From contig CAWCNS010000011.1 of NCBI GenBank assembly GCA_963796965.1, positions 640,001 through 704,000 on the forward strand: 64,000 nucleotides of DNA, given 5' to 3'. The DNA is from Calditrichia bacterium (GTDB lineage Bacteria; Calditrichota; Calditrichia; JAJRVZ01). The position numbers and the translations under genes were made by a program. The notes beneath the pieces were generated by a model. It ran no database searches. It was not told the origin of the DNA and was given only the letters and a program-made list of their open reading frames with translations. Position 1 is the first letter of the stretch; each line of letters starts with the position of its first letter. This document shows, in pieces, positions 31,723-42,555 of this stretch.

Positions 31723-32648
31723 TTATCCTCCTCTGAATTATTTATAGATTTTTGTGTTTCTAATACCAGTTCAACCGTATCATATAGTTGATGGAAATCT
31801 GATTCATCTGCCATCTCCCCTGCAAATTTCACCTTGTTCGCTTTATCATAAAAATCCTTTACCTTTTGCAGGGAATCATCTGGAAACTCTTTTTCACTTA
31901 TGGCTGTTATAAGATCATCATTTGACATATTAAGAGCCGGGATATTATAATGTTCTGAAAAATAACCCGTTAACAGATGACTCAGGTCGCTCAAACCATC
32001 TTTTAAATTATCTGTATTCAAATGTATCGTTTCTTTTAGTAATCGAAGATATTTTTCCTCAATTGTTTCTGACATACCCGAAAGTGATTTCGATAATTCT
32101 TCTTTTTGTCGTTTTTTGTAACGCATAAAGAGGATCAGTCCTAAAACCAATAGAATTAGTGATAAAACACCTCCCACAATACCGGTGAGTGTACCATTCT
32201 CAGAAGACTCTGCAAGCGGTTCACTAATCTTTATTCCAATCCTGCTTGAAATAAGACTCTCGTCTTTTCCTAAAACGGTATCGTGATACCTGATAATAAC
32301 CCCATCAATATAAGCCATACCCATTTCTGATGGACGGAAGTAAAATGTGATATCTTTTACCGAAACCATACCGCCCATAGAATTTGTTCTGACTTTATTT
32401 GATGAACCACTTCCTCGCGTTGACAAGTTAGTTATTGCCGGTTCAATGATCTCCGAGATAGTATAGCGACTTAGATCTCCCTGCCAGCTTAACTCGAGGT
32501 GATACACAACCTCACGATTTAGGGGGACGTTTTCGGATTCCACATAGGTCCGTAACTTAATTTCACTTTTAATACTATCCGATGAAGACTGTGCCAGTAT
32601 TGAAGAGGCCATCAAACAGATAAAAGTCAGAAAAAAGAATTTAAACAT
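31719..32648 (-). CDS. membrane protein, BatD-N-like; probable distant paralogue of 27625-28647
   Basis: Signal peptide, beta-rich domain, single TM and a cytoplasmic tail with ..VKFAG; overlaps the moxR start. Confidence 0.55.
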   Translation of the reverse strand: MFKFFFLTFICLMASSILAQSSSDSIKSEIKLRTYVESENVPLNREVVYHLELSWQGDLSRYTISEIIEPAITNLSTRGSGSSNKVRTNSMGGMVSVKDITFYFRPSEMGMAYIDGVIIRYHDTVLGKDESLISSRIGIKISEPLAESSENGTLTGIVGGVLSLILLVLGLILFMRYKKRQKEELSKSLSGMSETIEEKYLRLLKETIHLNTDNLKDGLSDLSHLLTGYFSEHYNIPALNMSNDDLITAISEKEFPDDSLQKVKDFYDKANKVKFAGEMADESDFHQLYDTVELVLETQKSINNSEEDK

Positions 32649-32928
32649 CTTCGATCACCAATACTTTAACGGGTAATTTAGTAGATTTTATAATTTGGGG
32701 ATTTGTAATATTTCCTCAGTTGCAGAAAAAAAGCAGCAGAGAGCAGACACAAAGAATCTTTTTGATTGAGATAGAACAGTATATATCTATCTGAATTTTA
32801 TGAAGATAACTATATAATCAATACTTCTCCGGCAAAAACTTCACAAATACCAGATTGATCTTTGTGAATAGTCTCCCTTCTGATTTACCTATTGGAAATC
32901 ATCACAAAAACCCGACAGGATTTTACTC

Positions 32929-33330
32929 TTAATTTTTATTCGCTTGCTCTACGTTCGGATCGGAATCCTTGAAAATAGGAAGATCGTTTATATCCTGTCC
33001 TAATGTTTGTAGCTCATATGTAGCGTCATCAGCCAGGTCATGCTTCGGATACTTTTCAATAAATAATTCATAGTATTTTTTTGCTGCTTCATAATTTTCA
33101 ATATTATTGGCATAAATGTAGCCTATCATGAAGGTTGCTTTTGGTGTATTTTCTCCCTTGGGATAATATTCTATAATCATTTTAAAATCTTTGATAGCCG
33201 TCTCGTACTTCTCCTGATTATAATTATCATGGGCTATTTTAAAATATTCTGCTTCTGATTTCTTCTCAGTGCAACCAAAAAGAACAATAAATGCCATAAG
33301 GATTGAAATAATAAAGAAATACCTTTGCAT
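32929..33330 (-). CDS. small TPR lipoprotein (BamD/CpoB-like repeats)
   Basis: Lipobox LFG-C; A...F..II..YP and A...Y..FI.KYP...LA repeats. Confidence 0.8.
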   Translation of the reverse strand: MQRYFFIISILMAFIVLFGCTEKKSEAEYFKIAHDNYNQEKYETAIKDFKMIIEYYPKGENTPKATFMIGYIYANNIENYEAAKKYYELFIEKYPKHDLADDATYELQTLGQDINDLPIFKDSDPNVEQANKN

Positions 33331-33577
33331 ACGTTTCCCTTTCTAAAAATACCCACACTTAAAATATTATCTATTTTAAGTGATTTTCTGAAATCCTATA
33401 ATTTAATTTATTGCCACTATAAAAGCAATATTACATTTGCCTGATCAACAATAAATTATTCTACTTTTGTATGTAAAAAAAGTTCAACATAAATGAGACT
33501 AATTTTCCCGGTGTTAGAAAATAATAAGTGATAATCCCTTTGGGCAAAATGAAGATATGGAAACCCCAAAGACAAAG

Positions 33578-34777
33578 TTACAAATCCACCTGTTTTAGCG
33601 CTTGGGAGAGATCTTCAATCAAATCCTGCCTGTCCTCAATTCCGATTGAGAGACGTACAAATCCTTCAGATATTCCAATTTGCTCCAATGCTTTTGCATC
33701 GTAAGTGGAATGGGTCATTGAAGCAGGATGTTCAATTAACGAATCCACATCTCCCAGACTTACGGCTAAAACAAAAAGATTAAGACTATTCATGAGTTTC
33801 TCACCAGCTTTACGCCCGCCCTTTATTTCTAATGATACGATTCCCCCATAACCGGACATTTGATTCCTGGCAAGTTCATATTGTGGATGGGTTGTCAAAC
33901 CTGGATACCACACCTTCTTAATCTTTGGATGAAAGGTTAAATATTTGGCAACTTCAAGGGCATTTTCTTGATGGCGCTCCATTCTAATTGCTAATGTTTT
34001 AAGTCCTCTCACCAATAACCATGCATTTAGAGGGCTGATAATACCACCCAGATCCCTCAAAGTATTCCCGCGCAGATCATCAATATATTCTTTTTTCCCT
34101 ATAACAATCCCTGCAACTGTATCGCCATGTCCACCAATATATTTGGTAGCAGAATGTAACACTATGTCTGCACCTAAATCCAACGGTCTTTGAAAATAGG
34201 GTGTACAAAACGTATTATCTACAATAAGGGGAATGTCATATTTATGTGCGATTTTAGCACATCCAGCAATATCGAGAACTGCCAACGTTGGATTTGCAGG
34301 ACTCTCTATATAAATACACCGTGTTTTCTCATCAATGCTATCCGAAATATTTTTTAATTGCGTACCCTCAACTTCTCTTACAGATATACCAAACTTTGGC
34401 AATGTTTCAACAAATAATTGATGGGTTCCACCATATAGAGTATCACTGGCGACAAAATTATCACCACTTTCACATAATGAAAGTATAACCGATGAGATGG
34501 CCGCCATACCAGAGCCAAACGCCAGAGCGGCTTCACCATTCTCGAGAAATGCAACTTCCTTTTCAAGAGCCGCTTGCGTGGGATTGCCAATTCGGGTGTA
34601 GACATATCCCTCTCTTTCTCCGGCGAATATCTCTGCACCAGCCCGGGCACTTTCAAATGCAAAAGTTGAACTCTGGTAAATTGGTAACGAAACAGCACCG
34701 GTTGAAGGATCAGTACCCCCACTACCATGGACACAGACTGTAGCGAATTTTGCTTTTTTTAGATTTAACTTCGACAT
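33578..34777 (-). CDS. PLP trans-sulfuration enzyme, probably methionine gamma-lyase
   Basis: YTRIGNPT, SGMAAIS, ESPANP, VDNTF, HSATKYIGGHGD and AVSLGD..SLI.HPASMTH motifs. Confidence 0.88.
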   Translation of the reverse strand: MSKLNLKKAKFATVCVHGSGGTDPSTGAVSLPIYQSSTFAFESARAGAEIFAGEREGYVYTRIGNPTQAALEKEVAFLENGEAALAFGSGMAAISSVILSLCESGDNFVASDTLYGGTHQLFVETLPKFGISVREVEGTQLKNISDSIDEKTRCIYIESPANPTLAVLDIAGCAKIAHKYDIPLIVDNTFCTPYFQRPLDLGADIVLHSATKYIGGHGDTVAGIVIGKKEYIDDLRGNTLRDLGGIISPLNAWLLVRGLKTLAIRMERHQENALEVAKYLTFHPKIKKVWYPGLTTHPQYELARNQMSGYGGIVSLEIKGGRKAGEKLMNSLNLFVLAVSLGDVDSLIEHPASMTHSTYDAKALEQIGISEGFVRLSIGIEDRQDLIEDLSQALKQVDL

Positions 34778-35004
34778 TAGCAACCTCTACATTTCGTTGA
34801 CTTTAACAGAGATATAAGCAGAAATAAATTAACGAATAGGAAGAACACAGGAAAGTAAAAATATTAAAATAATAAGTAATGCTAAAACCATCTTATATTT
34901 TTATATTTTTGTTATCCTGTCCCCAAAGGGATCCCTTCGGGTTAATCCTGTCAAATTTATAAATTTTACTCATCATTTGGTCTATCACTATATCTGAGAT
35001 AAAA

Positions 35005-37942
35005 CTATGTTTTACTCGTTTGAACAAAATCCCCTGCCTGCAAACGATAATAGTAAATACCACTGGGAAAACCGGCGGCATCCCATTGAACCTGGTAATG
35101 ACCAGGTAGTTGAACTTTTGATACAATCGTTGCCACCCTTTGCCCTAAGAGATTATAAATTGAAAGTTCAACAAAATTGGGAATTGGTAATTGGTAATTA
35201 ATCTTGGTAACAGGATTAAAGGGATTAGGATAGTTCTGGCCAAGGCTGAATTTTTGTGGCAATGCCGTTTCGCCAGAGATTGCAACAATTGCCTCCACAA
35301 GAACGCCCACCGTATCTGATGATAGGCTTTCCCATCCATCAAGTACGGCTGTTAGATAATAAAAATACTGACTTCCAACATCAACAGAAGAATCAGTGTA
35401 GGCGAAAACTGATGTAGAATCATGGAAAGAAAAAGAACCTATTCCATCTTTTCTGTAAATATTAAAAGTAAGGTCATGACCAGGGTGCCCATCCTGCCAG
35501 GCTAATCCCACGACTTCATCCGTTCTTGTAATATTTACATCATCTGGAGGTGGGGGGATCCGGAATAAGGTGAAAGAAAAGTATCCTTCTTCAGGAAGGG
35601 TTGATACGTTATTATTCTCAGCATTATCGCGGGCAATGATTTTATAGTAAATTGTATCTCCTGCTTCTACAGTATCAGTATCTGTATTAAAAGTTCCCTC
35701 GAACATCCCCGAATCAATCTCTGTCAGAGTAAATCTATTCAGTTTGTCAAAAGATCCAGTTTTATAGGCGACCCAGACCGAATCGACACCAAGATTATCC
35801 CTAACAGTCGTTGATACATCCACTGGCCAAATTGAGATAGGCTGATTATACAACTCTTGGTGATAAATGTCGGGGGCAATCGTATCTGGTCCTGTTAGAA
35901 AAATATGCATACTATCCGGTGCACTTTCGGGATGTCGGGCCGTTAGACCAGTCGAATCCTGTACTGAGATGTAATAAGATATTTTTGCAGGTGATAGGGA
36001 TCCAGGAATTTGAGATGAAAAATAATCTTCAGAAATCAAGAAAAGTTTTGAAGAATCTGATCCGACTGAATCTATCTGCCATACAACCCACAATTTTGAC
36101 GTATCAAGCCCCGCTTCTCCGGATATTATTTGACAGTTAATTTCATAGGAACCATTGAGGTCCTCAGAATGAGGATGTGGTGTATGAACTATCTGTGGCA
36201 GATATGTATTTTTATCTACAAAACCATGAGAGTCAAACCAATACGTTATTTGAGGCAGATGAATGCCATCATATAAATCACGATCCGCCTGAATAAATGA
36301 TTCGGCCGCTTCGACAAATCCAGGCCTCTCACTCCAATAATAATGTGATTGCAAAAACAATGCATCGGTTATATCTGCGCCCAGATCCGTCCAGATATTC
36401 ATGAGCGCCGAAGACCATATCTGCCCACCCTGATGGGTTCCATCGTATAAGTAATAGTCTTCCGGATAATGCCAGTCAAGATCACAGCGGCGCCCGGCCC
36501 AAAAGGTTGTATCTCCTGCTGCAGATTTAATACCCGCATCCCATAGATACAACTGTGGCCAATCAAATGAGTTTAGACGTCGCCGGTAGGATCCGGCCCA
36601 ATAATCTGCTGCACCCTCAAGCAATGAAAATGTTTCACCACCCGCAGTAAATGACACGATGGATAAATGATTTTGGATCGCATGGGCGTATTCATGCCAA
36701 ATGACACTTGCATCTTCTGCATCATCCACCCCACCTTCACCAAATACAAAAAAATTACCATAAGGAGAATAGAACGAATTATCATCATAGGATCCATGAG
36801 GATCCGCCTCAATTGCTTCCAGATTTATATCTGAGAATCCCAGCTCCAATCATCCGTCGGTAAGCCCGATCTATATGATAATAGACCATTACATGTTCAA
36901 ATTCCTCTTCCGACCGCAGATAAATAAAACTATCGGGATGGCTTAGAGCGGGAAAATTATCAACAGGATCATATTTCTCGGCTAATTTAATATAGGGTCC
37001 TTCCAAAATATAGTGGCCATCATTATTTGTAGAAAGGTCATTCAACGTTACGATAATCCGTTCATCATTGAGAGAGGGATGATCTGCATCACCAAAATCC
37101 TGGTAAGCGGCCGGGTCAATACCCTGTCCATAATATTTTTCTGCCATACTCAGGGGATCGGGTTCCCAAACGGCCCCAGTTCCATTTGTACCATCCTGAT
37201 ACATCAAACCATTCAACACTTGTAAAATATCACCATTATCAGCGTCAACAATAATTTCCCAATCTCCAAGAGGATCAGAAACCGGCAACTGAACACGGTA
37301 GGCCAGCATTGCACCCATCTTCTTTGTATCAACTACCATCAATTCTGTTTTTTCTTCAGCATGAAGAAAACCACTGACCTCTAAATAGTTCCGGGCATTT
37401 CTCAGAGCCTCTCCGGGGCTAATATGCGGGTGTAGATTTTGTGGTCGTTTCACCCGGTGGAGGCCATCTACCATGAAAGTAATCTGATCCCGATGGTTTA
37501 CGGTAAGTGTAAGACAGGAATTATAAACAGGGATATCACCGGCCATTTCTCTGTAAAGAAGGTGATTCCCAGCGGGACTAGAACGAATATTTTCAATTGT
37601 TAAATTATCAGAAATAGTACTAAGACCGATCTGAGTCTTGTGAGTCTGAAGAAAATCTTCTGCACTCTCTTTTGCTCGGTTTGATTTGGTTTGGTTTAAC
37701 TTTTGTATTTTATCCGGCATATAACGCTGATGTTGGGGTAGGTTTTCCTGATTTAGAATACGATTTGGAATTGTTTTAAGCGTACTAAACTCAATTTTTT
37801 GATGTTTTGAAACAGGTTTTTGGGAATAGGCACGTCTTTGACCGCCTATCATAATAAGGATCAAGATATTTGCATATATTAAGATTTTACTATGTGCAAA
37901 TAGTTGTTTTGTACTTGGTCTATTTATCTGAAAAAACTTCAT
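35005..37942 (-). CDS. secreted M36/M4-like zinc metalloprotease with propeptide, Ig/FN3 domains and C-terminal sorting domain; frameshift near 36846, 3' end noisy
   Basis: FTP/PepSY-like propeptide (W.IIVDA.NG.I), HEYAH, EG.ADY, H..G.IWS.AL and QNYPNPFNP CTD. Confidence 0.8.
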
Positions 37943-38284
37943 CTACAATTTTCTTATGTCTTGGCCAGAATGTCCGTTAAGAATTTGATTAGAACTCTCA
38001 ATTACCGGAATATCAATTAATTTGGATAGTGGCATTCAATTTATAGAACTTACCCTTGCCGAAGGCATCCCTATGGGAAAATCCCTTTCCTGGAATGGGA
38101 GGGACTTTAATGAATTACATTAAACGGCTTGTCCAATAGATACTATTCCTGTGTTATATATGAAGATATGTTATTTATGTTCCAACTAGTGTGATCATAA
38201 TCATAATGCCTCAAGACGGACATTCCATAAGCAGATCCCGAGTCCCAAATTCCTAATCCCCAATTACAAATCTTATATCCCGTG

Positions 38285-39286
38285 TCAGTCATCTAATTCT
38301 GAGATTACTTTCTCAATAACATCGTTTACCAGAATATTTTCAGCCTCAGCATGATAGGACACTACCAGACGGTGTCTTATGACCGGCAATGCCATCTCTT
38401 TAACATCGGACAGATCAGGTGTAACTTTTCCCAGTAGCGCAGATCTTACCTTAGCCGCAAGAATCAGATATTGGGAAGCTCTTGGACCGGCTCCCCAACG
38501 TATCCATTCCCTTATATAAGAAAACGGATTTTCTTTAACTGGTCTGGTCGCTGAAATCAGCCGTACGGCATAGTCGATTACATTGTCAGCAACCGGAATT
38601 TTACGAATTAGGTCCTGGTAAAATATGATATCTTCTTTATTTACAACTTTTTTCAATGAAATATCCTGTACACCGGTTGTTTGTGATACAATCATTTTTT
38701 CTTCATCAGGAGAAGGATAGTCAAGCCATAAGTTGAACATAAAGCGATCCAGTTGCGCTTCCGGCAAGGGATAGGTTCCCTCCTGCTCTATCGGATTCTG
38801 GGTAGCCAGTACAAAAAATGGAAGAGGCATAGAATGTGTTTCACCCGCCGAAGTAACCCTAAATTCCTGCATAGCCTCAAGCAAAGCAGATTGCGTTTTA
38901 GGGGGTGTGCGGTTGATTTCATCAGCAAGGATAATATTTGCGAATATGGGTCCCTGAATATATTTGAATGATTTTCCTCCCGTACTCAGGTCCTCTTCAA
39001 TAATTTCACTACCCGTAATATCCGAAGGCATTAAATCGGGTGTAAATTGTATGCGGGAGAATTTAAGATCCATTACTTCACCGAGTGTTTTTATTAACAG
39101 AGTTTTCGCCAAACCAGGGACACCAATGAGCAAGCAATGCCCCCTGGCAAATAATGATATAAGCAGTTGATTGATAATATCTTCCTGGCCAACAATAACC
39201 TTTGCAATTTCACTCTTTATCGTGCTAAATACCTCAGGCAATTTCTCAACCGCTTCCACATCCGCATTTTTTCTTTTTTCTACCAT
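38285..39286 (-). CDS. second MoxR family AAA+ ATPase
   Basis: LLIGVPGLAKT, RIQFTPDLMP, LADEINR.PPKTQ and GAGPRA motifs. Confidence 0.95.
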   Translation of the reverse strand: MVEKRKNADVEAVEKLPEVFSTIKSEIAKVIVGQEDIINQLLISLFARGHCLLIGVPGLAKTLLIKTLGEVMDLKFSRIQFTPDLMPSDITGSEIIEEDLSTGGKSFKYIQGPIFANIILADEINRTPPKTQSALLEAMQEFRVTSAGETHSMPLPFFVLATQNPIEQEGTYPLPEAQLDRFMFNLWLDYPSPDEEKMIVSQTTGVQDISLKKVVNKEDIIFYQDLIRKIPVADNVIDYAVRLISATRPVKENPFSYIREWIRWGAGPRASQYLILAAKVRSALLGKVTPDLSDVKEMALPVIRHRLVVSYHAEAENILVNDVIEKVISELDD

Positions 39287-39394
39287 TACTTATATTCCCT
39301 TGTTCTTCATTTTAAGAGTCTGTAAATTTTTATCGAAGGTTAAATAATAAACCACTAACATCCAAAATTGAATTTTACAAAGCCAGCTTTCTTA

Positions 39395-40465
39395 ATGCAA
39401 ACCAATAATCAGCCTAGAAAATACTTGCTTGATTCTTCGAGAGAAGAAGTCATACGTTATGTTCAGGAGATTGGATTAGAACCGTATCGTGCAAACCAAA
39501 TTTTTAAGGGTATGTATGTACAGAGGCTGCCTGATTTTTCCGGACTTACAACTATTTCTAAGACCTCCCGCGTAGAATTAAATAATAAATCTACTTTGCG
39601 AACCTTTGAACTCCAGGATCAAACAGTATCTGAGATAGATGGAACTACGAAATTTTTATGGTCTTTAGCAGATGGTTTAAAAATTGAAAGTGTCATTATA
39701 TATGAAGGCTCACGGGTTACATTTTGCATATCTTCCCAGGTAGGTTGCGCTCTGGATTGTCAGTTCTGTACTACCGGTAAGATGGGTTTTATCAGAAACC
39801 TTAGCAGCGGAGAGATTGTTGAACAGGTTTTATTAATGATTGACAAAGCAGATAGACCATTAACTAATGTAGTTTATATGGGTATGGGAGAGCCCCTCCT
39901 CAACATTAAGAATGTGATCAAAGCGAGCTACCTTATGGCCGATCCGGAGGGTTTGGCTATTTCAAGAAAAAGGATAACCATTTCAACAAGTGGAGTCGCA
40001 CCTGTCATCCGTGAGTTGGCCGATTCAGAAACACCATTCTCATTGGCTGTTTCCCTTAATGCTGTATTTGAGGATAAGCGCAAAAAAATAATGCCCATAT
40101 CGAAAAAGTTTCCTTTGGATCTTCTTATGAAGAATATCCGGTATTATGTCCAAAAAACAGGTATGCGCGTAACCTTCGAGTATATTATGATTAAAGGGCT
40201 CAATGACAGCCGCAAAGATGCTGATCAAGTGATAAAGTTAACCCGTCAGATACCATGCAAAATAAATTTAATTCCATGCAACTCAACCGATCCTGCCTAT
40301 CCGCCTTCAGAGAATGAAACAGTAAGATGGTTTGGGGATTATTTACACGACAGAGGGAGAACGGCAACGGTTCGATTGCGTAAGGGTTGGGAAATTCAAG
40401 CCGCCTGCGGACAACTATATGCGAAGAACAAAATTAAAATAGGCAGAAAAATAACAAAAATTTAA
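39395..40465 (+). CDS. rlmN: dual-specificity RNA methyltransferase RlmN
   Basis: CISSQVGCALDCQFC, VYMGMGEP, NLIP.N and I.AACGQL motifs. Start uncertain (TTG 39368 or ATG 39395). Confidence 0.95.
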   Translation: MQTNNQPRKYLLDSSREEVIRYVQEIGLEPYRANQIFKGMYVQRLPDFSGLTTISKTSRVELNNKSTLRTFELQDQTVSEIDGTTKFLWSLADGLKIESVIIYEGSRVTFCISSQVGCALDCQFCTTGKMGFIRNLSSGEIVEQVLLMIDKADRPLTNVVYMGMGEPLLNIKNVIKASYLMADPEGLAISRKRITISTSGVAPVIRELADSETPFSLAVSLNAVFEDKRKKIMPISKKFPLDLLMKNIRYYVQKTGMRVTFEYIMIKGLNDSRKDADQVIKLTRQIPCKINLIPCNSTDPAYPPSENETVRWFGDYLHDRGRTATVRLRKGWEIQAACGQLYAKNKIKIGRKITKI

Positions 40466-40482
40466 TCCCAGGAGATTTAAAT

Positions 40483-41124
40483 ATGCATTTAATACTGTTT
40501 GGTGCCCCGGGTGTGGGCAAAGGTACTCAGGCGAAACTAATAAGTAAAAAATTCAACATACCACAGATATCAACAGGCGATATGTTGCGAGAAGCTGTAA
40601 AAGCAGAGACTGAACTTGGTAAAAAGGCATCAGAGCTCATGAATGCCGGCAAACTCGTACCCGACGAAATTATGCTTGCCCTGATAAAAGACCGAATCGC
40701 AAGAGATGACTGTGAGCCTGGATTTATCCTGGATGGATTCCCACGGACAATAGCCCAGGCAGAAGGCCTCGATAAGCTTTTTTCCGATCTGGCCCTTCAA
40801 GATGTCACCTGCATTGAAATTAGTGTTCCTGATGATGAGATCATTAAGCGGTTAGTAAGCCGTAGATTATGTGAAAAATGTGGAACTGATTATAATTTAG
40901 TCACAAATCCACCACCTCAGGATATGCTCTGTTTAAAATGCAGAGGTAATATTATCCAACGTAAGGATGATAATGAAGAAACAATCTCTAACCGTTTGCA
41001 CGTATATCTGGCACAAACAGCACCATTGAGGGATTATTATGAAGAAAAGGGTGATTTTTATAGTATTGACGGATTACGTGGAATCGATAACGTTCGTGAT
41101 GATATTTTTAAAATATTAGTTTGA
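40483..41124 (+). CDS. adk: adenylate kinase with zinc-lid
   Basis: GAPGVGKGTQ, STGDMLR, LDGFPRT, CxxC...CxxC lid and RKDD motifs. Confidence 0.97.
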   Translation: MHLILFGAPGVGKGTQAKLISKKFNIPQISTGDMLREAVKAETELGKKASELMNAGKLVPDEIMLALIKDRIARDDCEPGFILDGFPRTIAQAEGLDKLFSDLALQDVTCIEISVPDDEIIKRLVSRRLCEKCGTDYNLVTNPPPQDMLCLKCRGNIIQRKDDNEETISNRLHVYLAQTAPLRDYYEEKGDFYSIDGLRGIDNVRDDIFKILV

Positions 41125-41289
41125 TTACGATCGATTCTAGCAATATTTAAAATAAAGTTACCTTCTTTTTAGTTTAATAGGGTATATTATTCAGAACAGG
41201 ACTGGACTACCTCAAGTCAATGAATCTATCTGGTTATATAAAAGTATAAGGGTGATTACCAGATAATAATTTAATGAGGTGTAGATTAT

Positions 41290-42555
41290 ATGTTAAATAA
41301 ATTAATAGTCCTATGTGGACTAATTTTCATCTTGTCCTGCTCAGAACGAGATAAGGGTAATCCCTTTGATGTTTCCGGAGATATTTCTTTATCTCTTGAC
41401 ATCACATCTGCTGATAAACGCGTGGAACTTACCTGGTCCAGTCCCCAGGTAGATGGTTATAGCGGTTTTAATATTTACAGGATGGCTGAAGGCTATGATG
41501 ATTCCTTTAAAAGAATTGCCATGAACCTATCCCCAGGTACCAGAAAATATATTGATGATGATATTCAATACGAAAGAACCTATATTTATAATATTACAAT
41601 TAGTGGATTAGATATCGAAAGTAGTCCATCCGAGAATGTCAGCATAAGCCCCGGTCCCGGATTCATTTGGATTGTAGATAAATGGGGTTTTCAAATTGTT
41701 AAAACAACCTATGATCTCCAAAACCAAATAGTTTCATATGACACAGATTGGCCCCCAACGAATATGGCCTTATCAAAAGAGCTGGGCGTTGGACTCGTTC
41801 TTTATCTGAGCTCAAATACCATTGAAAAAATCAATCTCAATGGAGAGAGAGTCGGGCGATATAATCAAATCAAATACCCGATGGATATCGTATATGACCA
41901 AGTCAATTCTCTGTTTTGGATTGTGGATAGTAGCGGCACTCTTTATTCCTTTGACACCAGAATTGATCAGATATCAGAGATTTCTCAATCTCTCTCCAAA
42001 CCGACAACCCTTTCTCTGGCCGCTGACAGGAAATTGATCTGTGTGACTGATAGAGGAAAGAATGAGATCGTTCAATTTAACCAGCAAGGAAATATCGTTC
42101 AGACCATTTCCTCAATAAATGAGAAGAAACTAAGTGATCCCATTCGATTTGTGATTGATGAAGTAAACAACAAAACCTGGTTGGTCGACCGCCAGAACGA
42201 ATTCGACTATATCTATATAAAAGGCGCCGGTGAAAATGAATATACCCTCCTGGATAGTGTCCATTATAGGAGCGAATTACATGGTGATTTAGAATTAAAC
42301 ATGCAGGAAGATGCAAGTTGGCTGATTTCTTACAATGGACAGAATTCTGCTGTTGTGCAACTTTCTGCTACGGGATCTCGTCAATTAGAATTATCTGGAT
42401 ATTATAATCCATATGATATCCAAATCAATCCCTATGACGAGACATTATTGGTCGCTGATTCGGGACATAGCATTGTTTTACATTATAATCGTGACAATAA
42501 TCTTATAGGACAATCGAAAAATTTACAATTTCCGGTAAAAGTATTAGTAGAATAA
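41290..42555 (+). CDS. lipoprotein with FN3 domain and NHL/beta-propeller repeats
   Basis: Lipobox ILS-C; V.L.W...GFNIYR...Y.D FN3; repeated P.DI.....W.VD blades. TAATG overlap with the next gene. Confidence 0.7.
   Translation: MLNKLIVLCGLIFILSCSERDKGNPFDVSGDISLSLDITSADKRVELTWSSPQVDGYSGFNIYRMAEGYDDSFKRIAMNLSPGTRKYIDDDIQYERTYIYNITISGLDIESSPSENVSISPGPGFIWIVDKWGFQIVKTTYDLQNQIVSYDTDWPPTNMALSKELGVGLVLYLSSNTIEKINLNGERVGRYNQIKYPMDIVYDQVNSLFWIVDSSGTLYSFDTRIDQISEISQSLSKPTTLSLAADRKLICVTDRGKNEIVQFNQQGNIVQTISSINEKKLSDPIRFVIDEVNNKTWLVDRQNEFDYIYIKGAGENEYTLLDSVHYRSELHGDLELNMQEDASWLISYNGQNSAVVQLSATGSRQLELSGYYNPYDIQINPYDETLLVADSGHSIVLHYNRDNNLIGQSKNLQFPVKVLVE

Noticed and set aside
34780..35000. SAM riboswitch before the methionine gamma-lyase-like gene
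   Set aside because: No AUCnAGAG / GCAACC / GUGC core seen; the region holds repeat relics only.
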